From an uncultured archaeon (GTDB lineage Archaea > Asgardarchaeota > Lokiarchaeia > Sigyniarchaeales > SOKP01), in contig CAZALK010000001.1 of NCBI GenBank assembly GCA_964486045.1, positions 712,242 through 776,241 of the forward strand: 64,000 nt of DNA, written 5' to 3'. The notes under the pieces are model-generated. The model was not told where the DNA came from and searched no databases. It worked only from the letters and a program-made list of their open reading frames with translations. Shown here piece after piece: positions 10,179 to 20,345 of the stretch; position 1 is the first letter of the stretch, and each line of letters starts with the position of its first letter. Both the position numbers and the translations under genes were made by a program.

Positions 10179-11261
10179 ATGTCAGACGACGGAGAAAAAC
10201 ACGAAGAAGAAGAAGAAGACAAATCGATCGTTGACGCATTAAGTACTCTTGGATGGGTAGAAGAGGAGGAAGAAGAAGAAGAAATAACAACAGATGAAAA
10301 TATCTTAGAACAGCTTAATTTCTTCCAAGATGAAAATAAAAACTTAAGAAGTGTTATAAATGAGAAAATAAAAATTATTAGCAGTCTTGAAGCAAAAATA
10401 CAAGAATTGTCAGCTCAACTAAAAAGCAAATCATCACAGAGTGAAGCAACCCAAAAACTCTATGAAATTATTGAAAGTAAAAATGATGAAATTGAACGTT
10501 TAGGTTCTGTCATTAAAGAGGAAGCAGATAAATCTCAAAAGATAATAAAAGATCAACTTCAAAAAATTAAAGATTTGACAACACAAATAGATGAATCCCA
10601 ACCTGATCAGACTGATTTGATTAAAAAAAAAGATGAACAAATAAAAGAATTAAAAGAACAGCTTCAATATCTAGAAAATGATACAATTCAAAAATCAAAG
10701 TTTGAAAAACTTGAAGTTCTTTTGGAAAAAAAGGATGAAATTATAACTGACAAAGAAAAAACCATTTTTAGCTTAGAAAACTCGTTGAAAACAGCCAATC
10801 AAAAAACTCAAGAAATACACCAACAATCTGAAACATTTAACCTAGTAAAAAAAGATCTTGAGAAAAAGTTAGAAAGAAATAAAGAATTAGTGGTTAAAAT
10901 AGAAGAACTAAATCAAAAAAACATTACTAATTTAGAATTAGTCAACCGTCTTGAACAAAATTTAGAAGAAGCTCATAAAAAAACGGGAAATATTACTGGT
11001 AAATTTGAATTAGAATTAGGTAGTCTACGACATTTGCTGGATGGGAAAGACAATGAAATAAAATCATTGAGAGATAAAGCTATTAGTGTAGATACTGAGC
11101 TACATGAATATAAGAAAATCGAAGATAAAATTTTAGGTGATATTCAGGGTATAAAAGATGATAAACTTAAACTCGAATCTGATATTGAAGATCGGAGTAA
11201 GGAAATCATCGAACTGAAGAAGAAGATTAAATTAATGCGAAGAGATATGAAAAAAGCTTAG
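10179..11261 (+). CDS. Long coiled-coil protein with acidic N-terminus
   Basis: 360-aa E/K/L heptad-rich ORF. Confidence 0.75.
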   Translation: MSDDGEKHEEEEEDKSIVDALSTLGWVEEEEEEEEITTDENILEQLNFFQDENKNLRSVINEKIKIISSLEAKIQELSAQLKSKSSQSEATQKLYEIIESKNDEIERLGSVIKEEADKSQKIIKDQLQKIKDLTTQIDESQPDQTDLIKKKDEQIKELKEQLQYLENDTIQKSKFEKLEVLLEKKDEIITDKEKTIFSLENSLKTANQKTQEIHQQSETFNLVKKDLEKKLERNKELVVKIEELNQKNITNLELVNRLEQNLEEAHKKTGNITGKFELELGSLRHLLDGKDNEIKSLRDKAISVDTELHEYKKIEDKILGDIQGIKDDKLKLESDIEDRSKEIIELKKKIKLMRRDMKKA

Positions 11262-11301
11262 ATCAGAAAAATTTCCTTCAAATTTGTTACTAAACCATTA
11301 A
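11241..11301 (+). repeat. Copy 1 of a 61-bp direct repeat (partner 13844-13904)
   Basis: AGAGATATGAAAAAAGCTTAGATCA is identical in both copies and is followed by 36 colinear, diverged nt. Confidence 0.9.
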
Positions 11302-11422
11302 TTTTTCATTTAATCATCAAATAGACACAGTTTTAAGAGAAATCTAAGGTTTTCTTCTAAACATAAATCTTTTTATATTTTAGTATCTTCATTTTTATCT
11401 AATTATTATGCAAAAGTGAATA

Positions 11423-13777
11423 ATGATGAAGAGAAAAGAACATAAAATCTTAATATTAACTTATCTTAGTCTATTTTTGTTTCTCATATTCTTAACATCA
11501 AGTATGGGGGATGTGATAAACGACCCTAAAGATGTGTCTTCCAACGAAATTATAAATTATGAAAATAACTTAAAGAATTTGAAGAATTCTGGGTATTGGA
11601 CTTTAAATAATATTACTATTGATGACTTACTTTCTGGTGTGGGGGCTAGAAACTGGACTTGGGCTGCTACTCAACCTTGGTGTAGCGGAACGGGCACTTT
11701 GGGAGATCCATATATAATCGAAAACGTAACTATTAAAAATTCGAATACGGGAATTTTCATTAGAGATTCAACTAAATATTTTGTAATTCAAAATGTTACA
11801 ATTTTCAATGTAACTATATCTGGAATAAGATTAAATAATGTAACCAATGGTGTGTTATTTGATAACAATATTTCGTCCAACGATATTTATGGGATATATT
11901 TAACTGGGAGCAAATATAATCTCATTAAAGAAAATTTTATATCTAACAATACAAATAATGGGATATTGCTAACGAACTTAAGCAATAACAACACTATCAA
12001 AGAAAATATAATAAAAAATAATACACAGCATGGCATTTCCTTAGAAGAGAGCAGTGGAAATTTAATCAAAGGAAATACGGTAAATAATAGCACAGTGATG
12101 GGAATTTCAATAGCTTTACAAAGTAATAATAATACGATCTCAGAAAATATTGTTAACAACGGCTTATGGGATGGAATATACCTTGAAAGTAGCGTTAGTA
12201 ACATGGTTTTAGGAAATAATGCAACTAACAACAGTGGAGATGGAATTTATTTATCAGGTGCAAGCTACGATACAACTGTAAAAGAAAATAAATTAAATCT
12301 CAATAACATGGGAATTCATCTTATGAATAATGTTAATAATACTATAAAGGACAATACAATAAATAATTCCACTTACGATGGGATATTCTTAGTAAACTGT
12401 GATTTTACAAAAATTTTAGGTAATCTGGTGAATAATAATAAGGATAATGGGATGAGTTTAGTGAATAGTACCAACAATTTCCTTGAAGATAATTTCATAA
12501 ATAACAATCAAGGAGATGGTATTTTGCTAATGTCATCAAGTCATAACAACACAATTAAGGCAAATAGAATAATTGACAGTAATGTCGGGATTGATACAGC
12601 AGATAGTGATGGAAATGCTATTATTGAAAATACAGTAAATGGTTCTTTATACTCGGGGATAAGTGTATACCTTGGTAATTTCATAAAAGTCATAGGAAAT
12701 ATTGTTTATAATAATACTCAGGATGGGATATACACGGATAGTATTTATAATAGTACAATAGCTGAAAACACAGTTTATAATAATTTAAGGCATGGAATAT
12801 ATCTCACCGAAGAGAATATTAATAATAACGTGACAAGAAACATCATTAGTGACAATGCAATGAACGGTATAGATCTTAGTAGTATATTCAACATTGATAA
12901 CCTAATTTGGAAAAATATTCTCATTAGAAATGGAAAACACGCTATGGATGCTGGAAGTAATAACAATTGGAATAGCACGACAATTGGTAACTATTGGGAT
13001 AATCATACTGGTCCAGACACAACCCCAAATGATGGAATTGTAGATGCGCAATACAATATAAGTGGACCAGCAGGAAGCATCGATTATTTACCGATTGCTG
13101 ATGATGGTGCGCCACGGATAACGATTAACACTCCTTCTGGAGGAGATGCATTTGGTAGCAGTGCTCCCTCTTTCGATGTGACAATCATTGACAATTTTTT
13201 GGATGAAATGTGGTATAGCGTAGATGGTGGTTTAAACAATTACACATTTACCACAAATGGAATTATTGAACAAGCGGCTTGGGGTGCTATTTCTGATGGT
13301 GCTTTAACACTTGCATTTTACGCTAGAGACATACTTGGAAATATTGGCTCTGCTGATGTCATCATAGAAAAGGATACTCAAGCACCGATAATCACTATAA
13401 ATTCACCTAATCCGGGAGAGATATTTAGTAACGATGCCCCTTCTTATAATGTGACAGTCACTGATCCCAATTTGGACTCTGTATGGCTTGAGCTAGATGG
13501 ATCGAATTACGAATTGAGTATTCCAATTATCGGAACAATTAACCAAACAGCCTGGGCAGCTTTACCTGAAGGAAGTTATACAATAACTTTGCACGCAAAT
13601 GATACGTTGGGCCATTCTACTTCTGAAGCTGTCACAATAACGAAGATTGTCCCATCTGGAGGAGGGATTGGGTTGGATTATTTCATGACCAGTTTCCTTA
13701 TCTTTATAACTGGTGGAATTGGTGTTATAGTTATAATAGCGAAAATATATACTAAAAGACGCGTAAAATCCTCTTAA
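11423..13777 (+). CDS. Surface protein with NosD/right-handed beta-helix repeats, Ig-like domains and a C-terminal membrane anchor
   Basis: Signal peptide, GTLGDPYIIEN, many GIxL...NN.I..N repeats, GNYWD, DTQAPIITINSP, and a TM followed by a basic tail. Confidence 0.85.
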   Translation: MMKRKEHKILILTYLSLFLFLIFLTSSMGDVINDPKDVSSNEIINYENNLKNLKNSGYWTLNNITIDDLLSGVGARNWTWAATQPWCSGTGTLGDPYIIENVTIKNSNTGIFIRDSTKYFVIQNVTIFNVTISGIRLNNVTNGVLFDNNISSNDIYGIYLTGSKYNLIKENFISNNTNNGILLTNLSNNNTIKENIIKNNTQHGISLEESSGNLIKGNTVNNSTVMGISIALQSNNNTISENIVNNGLWDGIYLESSVSNMVLGNNATNNSGDGIYLSGASYDTTVKENKLNLNNMGIHLMNNVNNTIKDNTINNSTYDGIFLVNCDFTKILGNLVNNNKDNGMSLVNSTNNFLEDNFINNNQGDGILLMSSSHNNTIKANRIIDSNVGIDTADSDGNAIIENTVNGSLYSGISVYLGNFIKVIGNIVYNNTQDGIYTDSIYNSTIAENTVYNNLRHGIYLTEENINNNVTRNIISDNAMNGIDLSSIFNIDNLIWKNILIRNGKHAMDAGSNNNWNSTTIGNYWDNHTGPDTTPNDGIVDAQYNISGPAGSIDYLPIADDGAPRITINTPSGGDAFGSSAPSFDVTIIDNFLDEMWYSVDGGLNNYTFTTNGIIEQAAWGAISDGALTLAFYARDILGNIGSADVIIEKDTQAPIITINSPNPGEIFSNDAPSYNVTVTDPNLDSVWLELDGSNYELSIPIIGTINQTAWAALPEGSYTITLHANDTLGHSTSEAVTITKIVPSGGGIGLDYFMTSFLIFITGGIGVIVIIAKIYTKRRVKSS

Positions 13778-13843
13778 AATTAAATTCTCCCTTTTTTATT
13801 TTTTTAATTTTTAATTTTTTTTTATCTAGAAAAAGTGGTGTGT

Positions 13844-13904
13844 AGAGATATGAAAAAAGCTTAGATCAAAATAGCTGCCTTCGAATTTTTAACTAAATCA
13901 TTAA
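13844..13904 (+). repeat. Copy 2 of the 61-bp direct repeat (displaced end of the coiled-coil gene, RDMKKA*)
   Basis: Matches 11241-11301. Confidence 0.9.
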
Positions 13905-13950
13905 AAAAAGATAAAAATAAATATGAATGATTATTTTTAGATAGTTGGCT

Positions 13951-15066
13951 CTATCTTTCGCGCCACATGCAAGAACACATACCACATTGGAATTTTTTTC
14001 CATATACACGCGGGTAATCGAGTATGATATTTGATTTGTCAACACTCTCATGGATCATCTTGTGATCATCATTTTCACACTCAGGACACTTACGTCTCCC
14101 CTCTGTTATCTCCACAGTTAGTATTGAAGTATCTAAGCTACCAGGTCTTCCCGGGGCTGCACCGGAGGCTTTTACTTTTGAGATGTCAGCACTAATATCT
14201 TCTGGAGTTACTTTTTTAACTTCAGGTTTAGTTTCTACTGGAGTTACTTTTTTAACTTCAGGTTTAGTTTCTACTGGAGTTACTTTTTTAACTTCAGGTT
14301 TTGATTCTACTGGAGTTACTTCTTTAACTTCAGATTTAAATTCAGGTTGGATTGCTTTTGCTACTCTATCATCTGCATCTTCTCCTTCTAAAACAGACTC
14401 AGCTTTTAATTGAACCGCATCAGATTCTTTATATTCTTCACCTCTAGCTAAAGCGGTAAAAAATTCTGCGTCATCACCCTCTTCAAAGATTGTTTCTTGC
14501 TGTAACCCGGCCCTATCAGCATCTATAGATCTAGCCCATTGGCCAGCTTTAACTTTCTCTTTAGTAGTACATGCTTTTCCCTGCCAAATAAATACTTTAT
14601 TTCCTAAATCAGCAACAAAACAATCTTCTGATTCTAATGAGTTTTTGGAATAGGGAACTTGAATCATTTTCATGGCGTTAATATCCTCAAATTCTTCAGA
14701 TGATACACGGTACAATATATTTCGCCATTCATTAAACCCGGCCCAATCTCCGGTGCTGACATCTATAAGTAATGTCTTTGCATAATTTTTTTCCACGATT
14801 TTCATAGCTCCCATAGGAGAGATAAGCTTAAGAAATTCTTTAGTCTCAAAACCTTGGTCTACGGTAATAATTTTTGCGGCACCCCCACGTTGTTGGTCTA
14901 ATGTTCTCGCTTGAGCAGCTCCAGAAGTCTTTTCATCTACTGAGCATTTATTGCCAATCCAAACAAAAATTGTTCTATCGTCATCTACCAGATAAACGTC
15001 TCCAGAGCTAAAAATTGGTTTTTTTATTTCTTTTAATTCGCCTTTGTCAATTAGAAATAGTTTCAT
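13951..15066 (-). CDS. Asgard two-domain gelsolin with repeat linker and C-terminal Zn ribbon
   Basis: FSSGDVYLVDDDRTIFVWIGNKCSVDEK and SLESEDCFVADLGNKVFIWQGKACTTKEK are gelsolin-repeat signatures. Confidence 0.9.
   Translation of the reverse strand: MKLFLIDKGELKEIKKPIFSSGDVYLVDDDRTIFVWIGNKCSVDEKTSGAAQARTLDQQRGGAAKIITVDQGFETKEFLKLISPMGAMKIVEKNYAKTLLIDVSTGDWAGFNEWRNILYRVSSEEFEDINAMKMIQVPYSKNSLESEDCFVADLGNKVFIWQGKACTTKEKVKAGQWARSIDADRAGLQQETIFEEGDDAEFFTALARGEEYKESDAVQLKAESVLEGEDADDRVAKAIQPEFKSEVKEVTPVESKPEVKKVTPVETKPEVKKVTPVETKPEVKKVTPEDISADISKVKASGAAPGRPGSLDTSILTVEITEGRRKCPECENDDHKMIHESVDKSNIILDYPRVYGKKFQCGMCSCMWRER
14202..14333 (-). repeat. 36-bp coding tandem repeat (~3.7 units, EVKKVTPVETKP)
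   Basis: ctggagttac recurs at 14202, 14238, 14274 and 14310. Confidence 0.95.
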
Positions 15067-15166
15067 ACCAAATTTTCACTTTTATAATTTTTTTTAAAAT
15101 TTTATTTTTAAATAGATTATAATAAAAGGTTTATAAAAATTTGTGTAATAAAATGAAAAAATTATT

Positions 15167-16555
15167 CTAAAAATCATTCAGAGCATGGTTTATTCTTTTT
15201 ATTAATTCTGGGATCTTCGGAAGATCTATTGAACAATAAGCAATGCGAATACCATTTATTTGTTCATCTAATTTTTCGATGGGTATTACTCCTACTTTAT
15301 ATTTTCTTAAAAGGTGATCTCCGAATTCTTTAGCCTTTATTTTAGCTGGATTCAAATTTAAAAACAGAAAAAAACCTCCTGAATTAGGATCGATTGAAAT
15401 GTTAGGATCATCAATTTTCGCAAGTTCTGAATTTATTTTTTCATACCTCTTCTGAAGTAAATCTTTCACTTTTTCTCTTGAGATGAGTATTTTTTCAATA
15501 CCATTTTCATTAAATAATTTTTGAGTTAGAGCTTGGTAAAAATGGTTACAATTTGAAATTGTAGCTCGAGTAAATCCTTCTAATTTGTTGTTTATCTCAT
15601 CTTTCAAAATTTCTAGTTCTTGATCATTATCTACCCAGTTTGATTTTAATCCTAAGGTAATGAAGCCAATCCTTCCTCCGTACATCAAGAGTTCTTTTGT
15701 GATACCATCCAGTTTTATTGGGATGACATCCTCTTCCAATTGAAGTAAATCATAGAAAATTGATCGATTTAAAGAATCCTTGTTATAGACATAGGGTTCA
15801 TATGCATCATCAACTATGACGATTGTTGGTTTATTATGTTTTTTCTGTTGTTTTTGGAGAAGAGACACAATTTCTTTACCTTCTTCCTTTGAGGGAACAT
15901 ATCCCGTAGGATTATTTGGAAAATTTAAAATTATAATAATCTTGTCTTGAACTCTTGCAAGTTCATTTATGGCAAGTTCCAAGCTGTCAAGATTAATTTT
16001 TTTTTCTTTGAAAAAGCTAAATGACTTTATCTTAGCATCTATGAATTTCTCAATAATATTATCATAATTTCCCCATCTCTTATTTGGAGCTATAATAAAT
16101 TCACCCGGATTAAGGAATAAAGAACTACATTGGAAAATTCCGTTTGTAATACCGGCAGTGATTATCGGTGTTGTAATCAGTTTTTCTAATTTATCCATCA
16201 AACTCTTTTCCGTTATTTCATCATATTGAGATTTTTTGATTACCCAATTCTTCCAAATTTCTCGAGTTTCATTTAGGCCCCCAATTGACGCATAAGGAAC
16301 AATTTTTTTAATATCTAAACTAGAATATTCTGAGATTTCATTAAGGTAGCATGGCATCCAATCAGAGCCTCCTCCATCAACAAAATCTCTTTCAAATCCA
16401 AATGCGGAGCCTATTGTACCAATTAATTCTGCTTCCTTTTTTGCTCTTCCAGACCAGTAGAAAATCCCATCCGGTAAAAATATTCTTTTTCCTAATTCTG
16501 ATAAAGCGCTATATAAAGGTGTATTTTGAAGATATTTAAATTCCATAACATTCAC
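15167..16555 (-). CDS. PLP-dependent aminotransferase class I/II
   Basis: NFPNNPTGY, DDAY, DGITKELLMYGGRIGF, GIRIAY. Confidence 0.9.
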   Translation of the reverse strand: MNVMEFKYLQNTPLYSALSELGKRIFLPDGIFYWSGRAKKEAELIGTIGSAFGFERDFVDGGGSDWMPCYLNEISEYSSLDIKKIVPYASIGGLNETREIWKNWVIKKSQYDEITEKSLMDKLEKLITTPIITAGITNGIFQCSSLFLNPGEFIIAPNKRWGNYDNIIEKFIDAKIKSFSFFKEKKINLDSLELAINELARVQDKIIIILNFPNNPTGYVPSKEEGKEIVSLLQKQQKKHNKPTIVIVDDAYEPYVYNKDSLNRSIFYDLLQLEEDVIPIKLDGITKELLMYGGRIGFITLGLKSNWVDNDQELEILKDEINNKLEGFTRATISNCNHFYQALTQKLFNENGIEKILISREKVKDLLQKRYEKINSELAKIDDPNISIDPNSGGFFLFLNLNPAKIKAKEFGDHLLRKYKVGVIPIEKLDEQINGIRIAYCSIDLPKIPELIKRINHALNDF

Positions 16556-16659
16556 ATTACTTATTTAGAGTGTGATTTAAAACTTCTCTAATATTAAATA
16601 AGGATTATAAATGAAATTAATTTACTCAATTTAAATACTAAAATTATTAAAGAAAAAAT

Positions 16660-17130
16660 ATGACCGAAGATGAAAATTTAAAGGAATCAGGAAAAAAAGA
16701 ACCCAGTGAAAAACCATTCCAAAAGGGATGGAATAGTTTTGTTAATGGAATTAAAAGCGGGTTTGATCAATTTCAAAAATCTATTGAAGACCAATCTAAG
16801 AAGAATAAAGAAGGATGGAAAGAAAATAAAGTGAAGTTCAATAAATTCTTTAAAGACGCTGAACAAGATTGGGATACTAAAATTAAAGAATGGAACACCG
16901 ATATGGAGAAAAGGAAAATAGAATCAAAGGAACAATGGGAAGCACATAAAAGTAAAGTAACTCAAGACTTTAAAGATTGGCAAGAAAATACCAAGAAAGA
17001 CTGGAAGAATGGGGTTTCCACATTTAAGAAAGGATTTTTTAAAGCGTATATATGGTTTTGGGCATTGACACTCCCTATTCTTATCGTTGTAATTATTGTT
17101 ATAGTACTTGTAGTTGGCCTATTACCTTAA
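16660..17130 (+). CDS. Hypothetical amphipathic-helix protein with C-terminal TM
   Basis: Periodic W/F in K/E/D-rich helices and a hydrophobic tail. Confidence 0.7.
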   Translation: MTEDENLKESGKKEPSEKPFQKGWNSFVNGIKSGFDQFQKSIEDQSKKNKEGWKENKVKFNKFFKDAEQDWDTKIKEWNTDMEKRKIESKEQWEAHKSKVTQDFKDWQENTKKDWKNGVSTFKKGFFKAYIWFWALTLPILIVVIIVIVLVVGLLP

Positions 17131-17156
17131 TATTAAGGATAAAAATTTACAAGATA

Positions 17157-17816
17157 ATGCTTGATATATTCCTCTTTTCTTTTTTAGTTGCTTTAAGCGG
17201 AGCTTTGACACCAGGACCTCTTCTAACCTTTACTTTATATAAATCTCTAAAACAAAAAAAAGGATATCTTGCTGGAATCTTCATAATTTTAGGCCATGCT
17301 ACAATAGAATTTGTATTAATTCTTGTACTGCTTGCAGGTGCATCATTATTATTTCAGAACCTAATTTTTTTAACAATAATCGGAATTATAGGAGGAATAT
17401 TTCTGATAATTTTTGGGTTATTGGTTGTTAGAAATGCAACCAAGGTGGATCCTAATGTAGATTTCAATCTCAAAGATGACGACTTAAAAGGATATAAGGG
17501 TAACAGTTATATAGGTGGTATTATCGTTAGTTTAAGTAACCCATATTGGACATTCTGGTGGGCCGTTATCGGATTAGGATTTTTAGTTAACTTTAACATT
17601 ACTTTCGCAACTCCAATTGGACTCTTACTTTTCTTTTTGGGACATGAATTAGGAGATATAATTTGGTATATCCCTATCTCAACATTTATATATCTTGGAG
17701 GGAAGTCTTTAAATCCTAAAATCTATAAATATGTTTTAATAGTTTGCGCAGGATTTATGATAATTTTCGGAATGTATTTAATTCTAAATATTCTTTTATC
17801 TCCTCCTCAAGTATGA
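17157..17816 (+). CDS. LysE-family transporter
   Basis: SGALTPGPL, GHATIE, SLSNPYWTFWW. The start at ATG 17157 avoids overlap with the upstream gene. Confidence 0.85.
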   Translation: MLDIFLFSFLVALSGALTPGPLLTFTLYKSLKQKKGYLAGIFIILGHATIEFVLILVLLAGASLLFQNLIFLTIIGIIGGIFLIIFGLLVVRNATKVDPNVDFNLKDDDLKGYKGNSYIGGIIVSLSNPYWTFWWAVIGLGFLVNFNITFATPIGLLLFFLGHELGDIIWYIPISTFIYLGGKSLNPKIYKYVLIVCAGFMIIFGMYLILNILLSPPQV

Positions 17817-17914
17817 TCCTAATAATATTTAGATATATTAGCTCTCCTATTTTCTAGTATCCAAATATTATAACTTATTTTAGGTTTTTTTTGATTTTTA
17901 AGAAAGAGGATATT

Positions 17915-18165
17915 ATGAATAGTGAAACCCGGGCAATATAATCCGTAAACTTTTAACTATTTGTCCAGTATGTCAAAAAAGAATCTATGGTAGGGATATT
18001 GACATCCTAAAAATTGATACATCTAAGGTTAATCATTGGCCCTTAAGATATATCCACTGTCACACTAATAATAATGTTCCATTCCACGCTTTAACTATTT
18101 TTTTAGATAATAATTTTAGCGTACGTGGGAACGAAGTATCGAATTTTATAAAAATAGAAAATTAG
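17915..18165 (+). pseudogene. Small CPxC/His metal-binding protein with a 1-nt frameshift near its start (missed by the ORF track)
   Basis: Frame 17926-18165 reads NPGNIIRKLLTICPVCQKRIYG...HWPLRYIHCH...HALTIFLDNNFSVRGNE. The SD-preceded ATG 17915 is out of frame and stops at 17941. Confidence 0.65.
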
Positions 18166-18166
18166 C

Positions 18167-20242
18167 CTAAAATTTTTCCAACTCTTGATCTTCTTGAGGC
18201 TCAAATAAACCTGAATGAGGTTCAAGGAAATGATTTTGACACATTGGACAAGAATTATATTTTGAAAGCCAAAAAGCTACACAGAGATAATGATATGTAC
18301 TACCACAAAAAGGACAAGTTATCACTTTATCTCTTGCAAAGTTTAAATTTTTATGGCATACTGTACACTGGACATCCGATTCTGTTACACCTTTTCGCAC
18401 TTTTACTCTATTTGATAATATCGTTTCCAATTTTGATAACTCAACTTGATAAAGTCCCAAGGAATTATTTAAGTGATTTATTTTTGAATTGATTTCATTA
18501 ATTCTCTCTCTCAATTCATCTTCGGTTAGTTTTTCTGCCAAAAATGAAGATAAGGCAAAATTTAATGGTAAATCTTCAAAATTCTCAGTTTGTTCAGTTA
18601 TTTCGGTAACTGTTGCAAATAAGATTCCCTCTTTATCAATTAGCTCCTTAAAACTTTTAAATAGCTTATTTATTAAAAGAGAAATAAGAAAAGTAAGTTG
18701 TTGTCTTTTTCGATTAAAATTATCTTCCCATAATTTAATGATTTGATAAATATCAATATCATGAGACTTGATGGAATCTAATCTTTTATACACATCATCC
18801 TTAATATTTTGAATTTTTGAATTATATTCATTTAAAATCTCTTTAACCTTTTTTAATTGAGGGAATTCTTCCCGGATAATAATAGACGTTTCATCCTCAT
18901 AGTTTCTTATCAGCTCATTAATTTGTGTAATCTTTTCGGTGACAAATCTCCGAATAATAACTCTTAGCTCCTCATCTTTTACAGTTTTTATGAATGTTAA
19001 ATATTCACTTTTCCTTCTAAAAATTTCTGAGGTTAAATTTGAGAAGATCTTTTTCAATGATTCTGTAATATTTTCATAAGGTTTAAGATAAGGTTCAAGG
19101 GTTAAAATCCAATTTTCCATATCATCGATTATTCCGGAGAATTCTTCAATTTTCTGATAATAAAAATTAGCTATTTCTTCAAATTTCTCAGATTCGATTA
19201 CATCCTGAATTTTCTTCTGGAATTTCTTTTCTAATCCTTTAATATATAAATCTACTATTTTCGGTAAAAAATTGCTTATTTTCTGTTTTTTAAGGGCATC
19301 AATATCTAAACTTTCTAGATTCTCGTTTAAATCAAAATCTTCTAATTCAACAAAAATATTCCTTAATCTATCAATTATAAAATCTTTAAGTAAAGGATTA
19401 ATGAATTTTTTTAAATTTTCAATGACTTCTTTCCTTTCAAGGATATTTATAAACTCTTCTCCTTGGTAAATTTCAAAGCCATTATTCTTGTATAAGAGGT
19501 ATATCAAGTCAGTATAGTATTTAATTTGTGTTTCATCTTTCGATAGATAGAATTGATAAATTTCATCAAAATGAAATGTTTTGATATTCTCTTTCTTTGC
19601 TTTTTTTACCTTTCTACTAAAAACTTCATTTAAGCTTATGATAAAATCTTCGAGATCTTTAATCTCATTCCAATTCTCCATCCCATTTGGTAAGACATTT
19701 AACTTGAAATTAAGATTTTTTACCTTGTTGGCCTCAATCCAGAGAAAAATTTCATCATTATAAAGATTCACCTCTTCTTTTAAGGAGCTTATTACATTTG
19801 AGGCAACATCATTACTCTGATGAAGTAGATCTTTCGTGGTAGTTAATAAAGAATCTAAATGAGAAAAACTATTTTTAGTAAATCTCTTAATATTCGAGCA
19901 ATTTGAACTTATATTTTTTAAATTTTCTATTACACGATTTAATTCTTTAAGAATTCGTGATTTTAAATGATAATAAAGATAGGTTTTTACTCCGGAAGTT
20001 GTTCCTACTAAATATTGATCAAAAAAAGTTGCTATTTCATTTAAATAATTAGAATAGAGTTCAAAAACATTTTCTGGTATATTTAGTTTAGTAATTATAT
20101 AATCATTTACTTCTGACGCTTCTGCTTTTTCGGATTTTAGCCTGGTTAGAGTTTGTTTTATTTCTGTAATTTCTTCCTTACTAAAACTCGAAATATCTCT
20201 ATTAACATTAAAAGTATTATCGATTAAATTCATTGAGTTCAA
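18167..20242 (-). CDS. Coiled-coil protein with C-terminal RING finger (C4HC3), putative E3 ligase-like
   Basis: CTVC-x13-CPFC-x4-HYLC..FWL.....CPMC at the C-terminus. Confidence 0.8.
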   Translation of the reverse strand: MNSMNLIDNTFNVNRDISSFSKEEITEIKQTLTRLKSEKAEASEVNDYIITKLNIPENVFELYSNYLNEIATFFDQYLVGTTSGVKTYLYYHLKSRILKELNRVIENLKNISSNCSNIKRFTKNSFSHLDSLLTTTKDLLHQSNDVASNVISSLKEEVNLYNDEIFLWIEANKVKNLNFKLNVLPNGMENWNEIKDLEDFIISLNEVFSRKVKKAKKENIKTFHFDEIYQFYLSKDETQIKYYTDLIYLLYKNNGFEIYQGEEFINILERKEVIENLKKFINPLLKDFIIDRLRNIFVELEDFDLNENLESLDIDALKKQKISNFLPKIVDLYIKGLEKKFQKKIQDVIESEKFEEIANFYYQKIEEFSGIIDDMENWILTLEPYLKPYENITESLKKIFSNLTSEIFRRKSEYLTFIKTVKDEELRVIIRRFVTEKITQINELIRNYEDETSIIIREEFPQLKKVKEILNEYNSKIQNIKDDVYKRLDSIKSHDIDIYQIIKLWEDNFNRKRQQLTFLISLLINKLFKSFKELIDKEGILFATVTEITEQTENFEDLPLNFALSSFLAEKLTEDELRERINEINSKINHLNNSLGLYQVELSKLETILSNRVKVRKGVTESDVQCTVCHKNLNFARDKVITCPFCGSTYHYLCVAFWLSKYNSCPMCQNHFLEPHSGLFEPQEDQELEKF

Positions 20243-20345
20243 ACCTATATCAGATACATTGTGCTTTATAAAAGAAAGATGCTATACAATTAATAATTAA
20301 TGACTAAAAGGTAATCTCTACATTTTTAGAAAAAGAATAAAAACT

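Noticed and set aside
14202-14333. CRISPR array
   Set aside because: Contiguous 36-bp units with no unique spacers, in frame within the gelsolin gene.
17915-17960. BHB intron or programmed frameshift explaining the out-of-frame start
   Set aside because: No 4-bp central helix with 3-nt bulges and no X-XXY-YYZ heptamer in frame.
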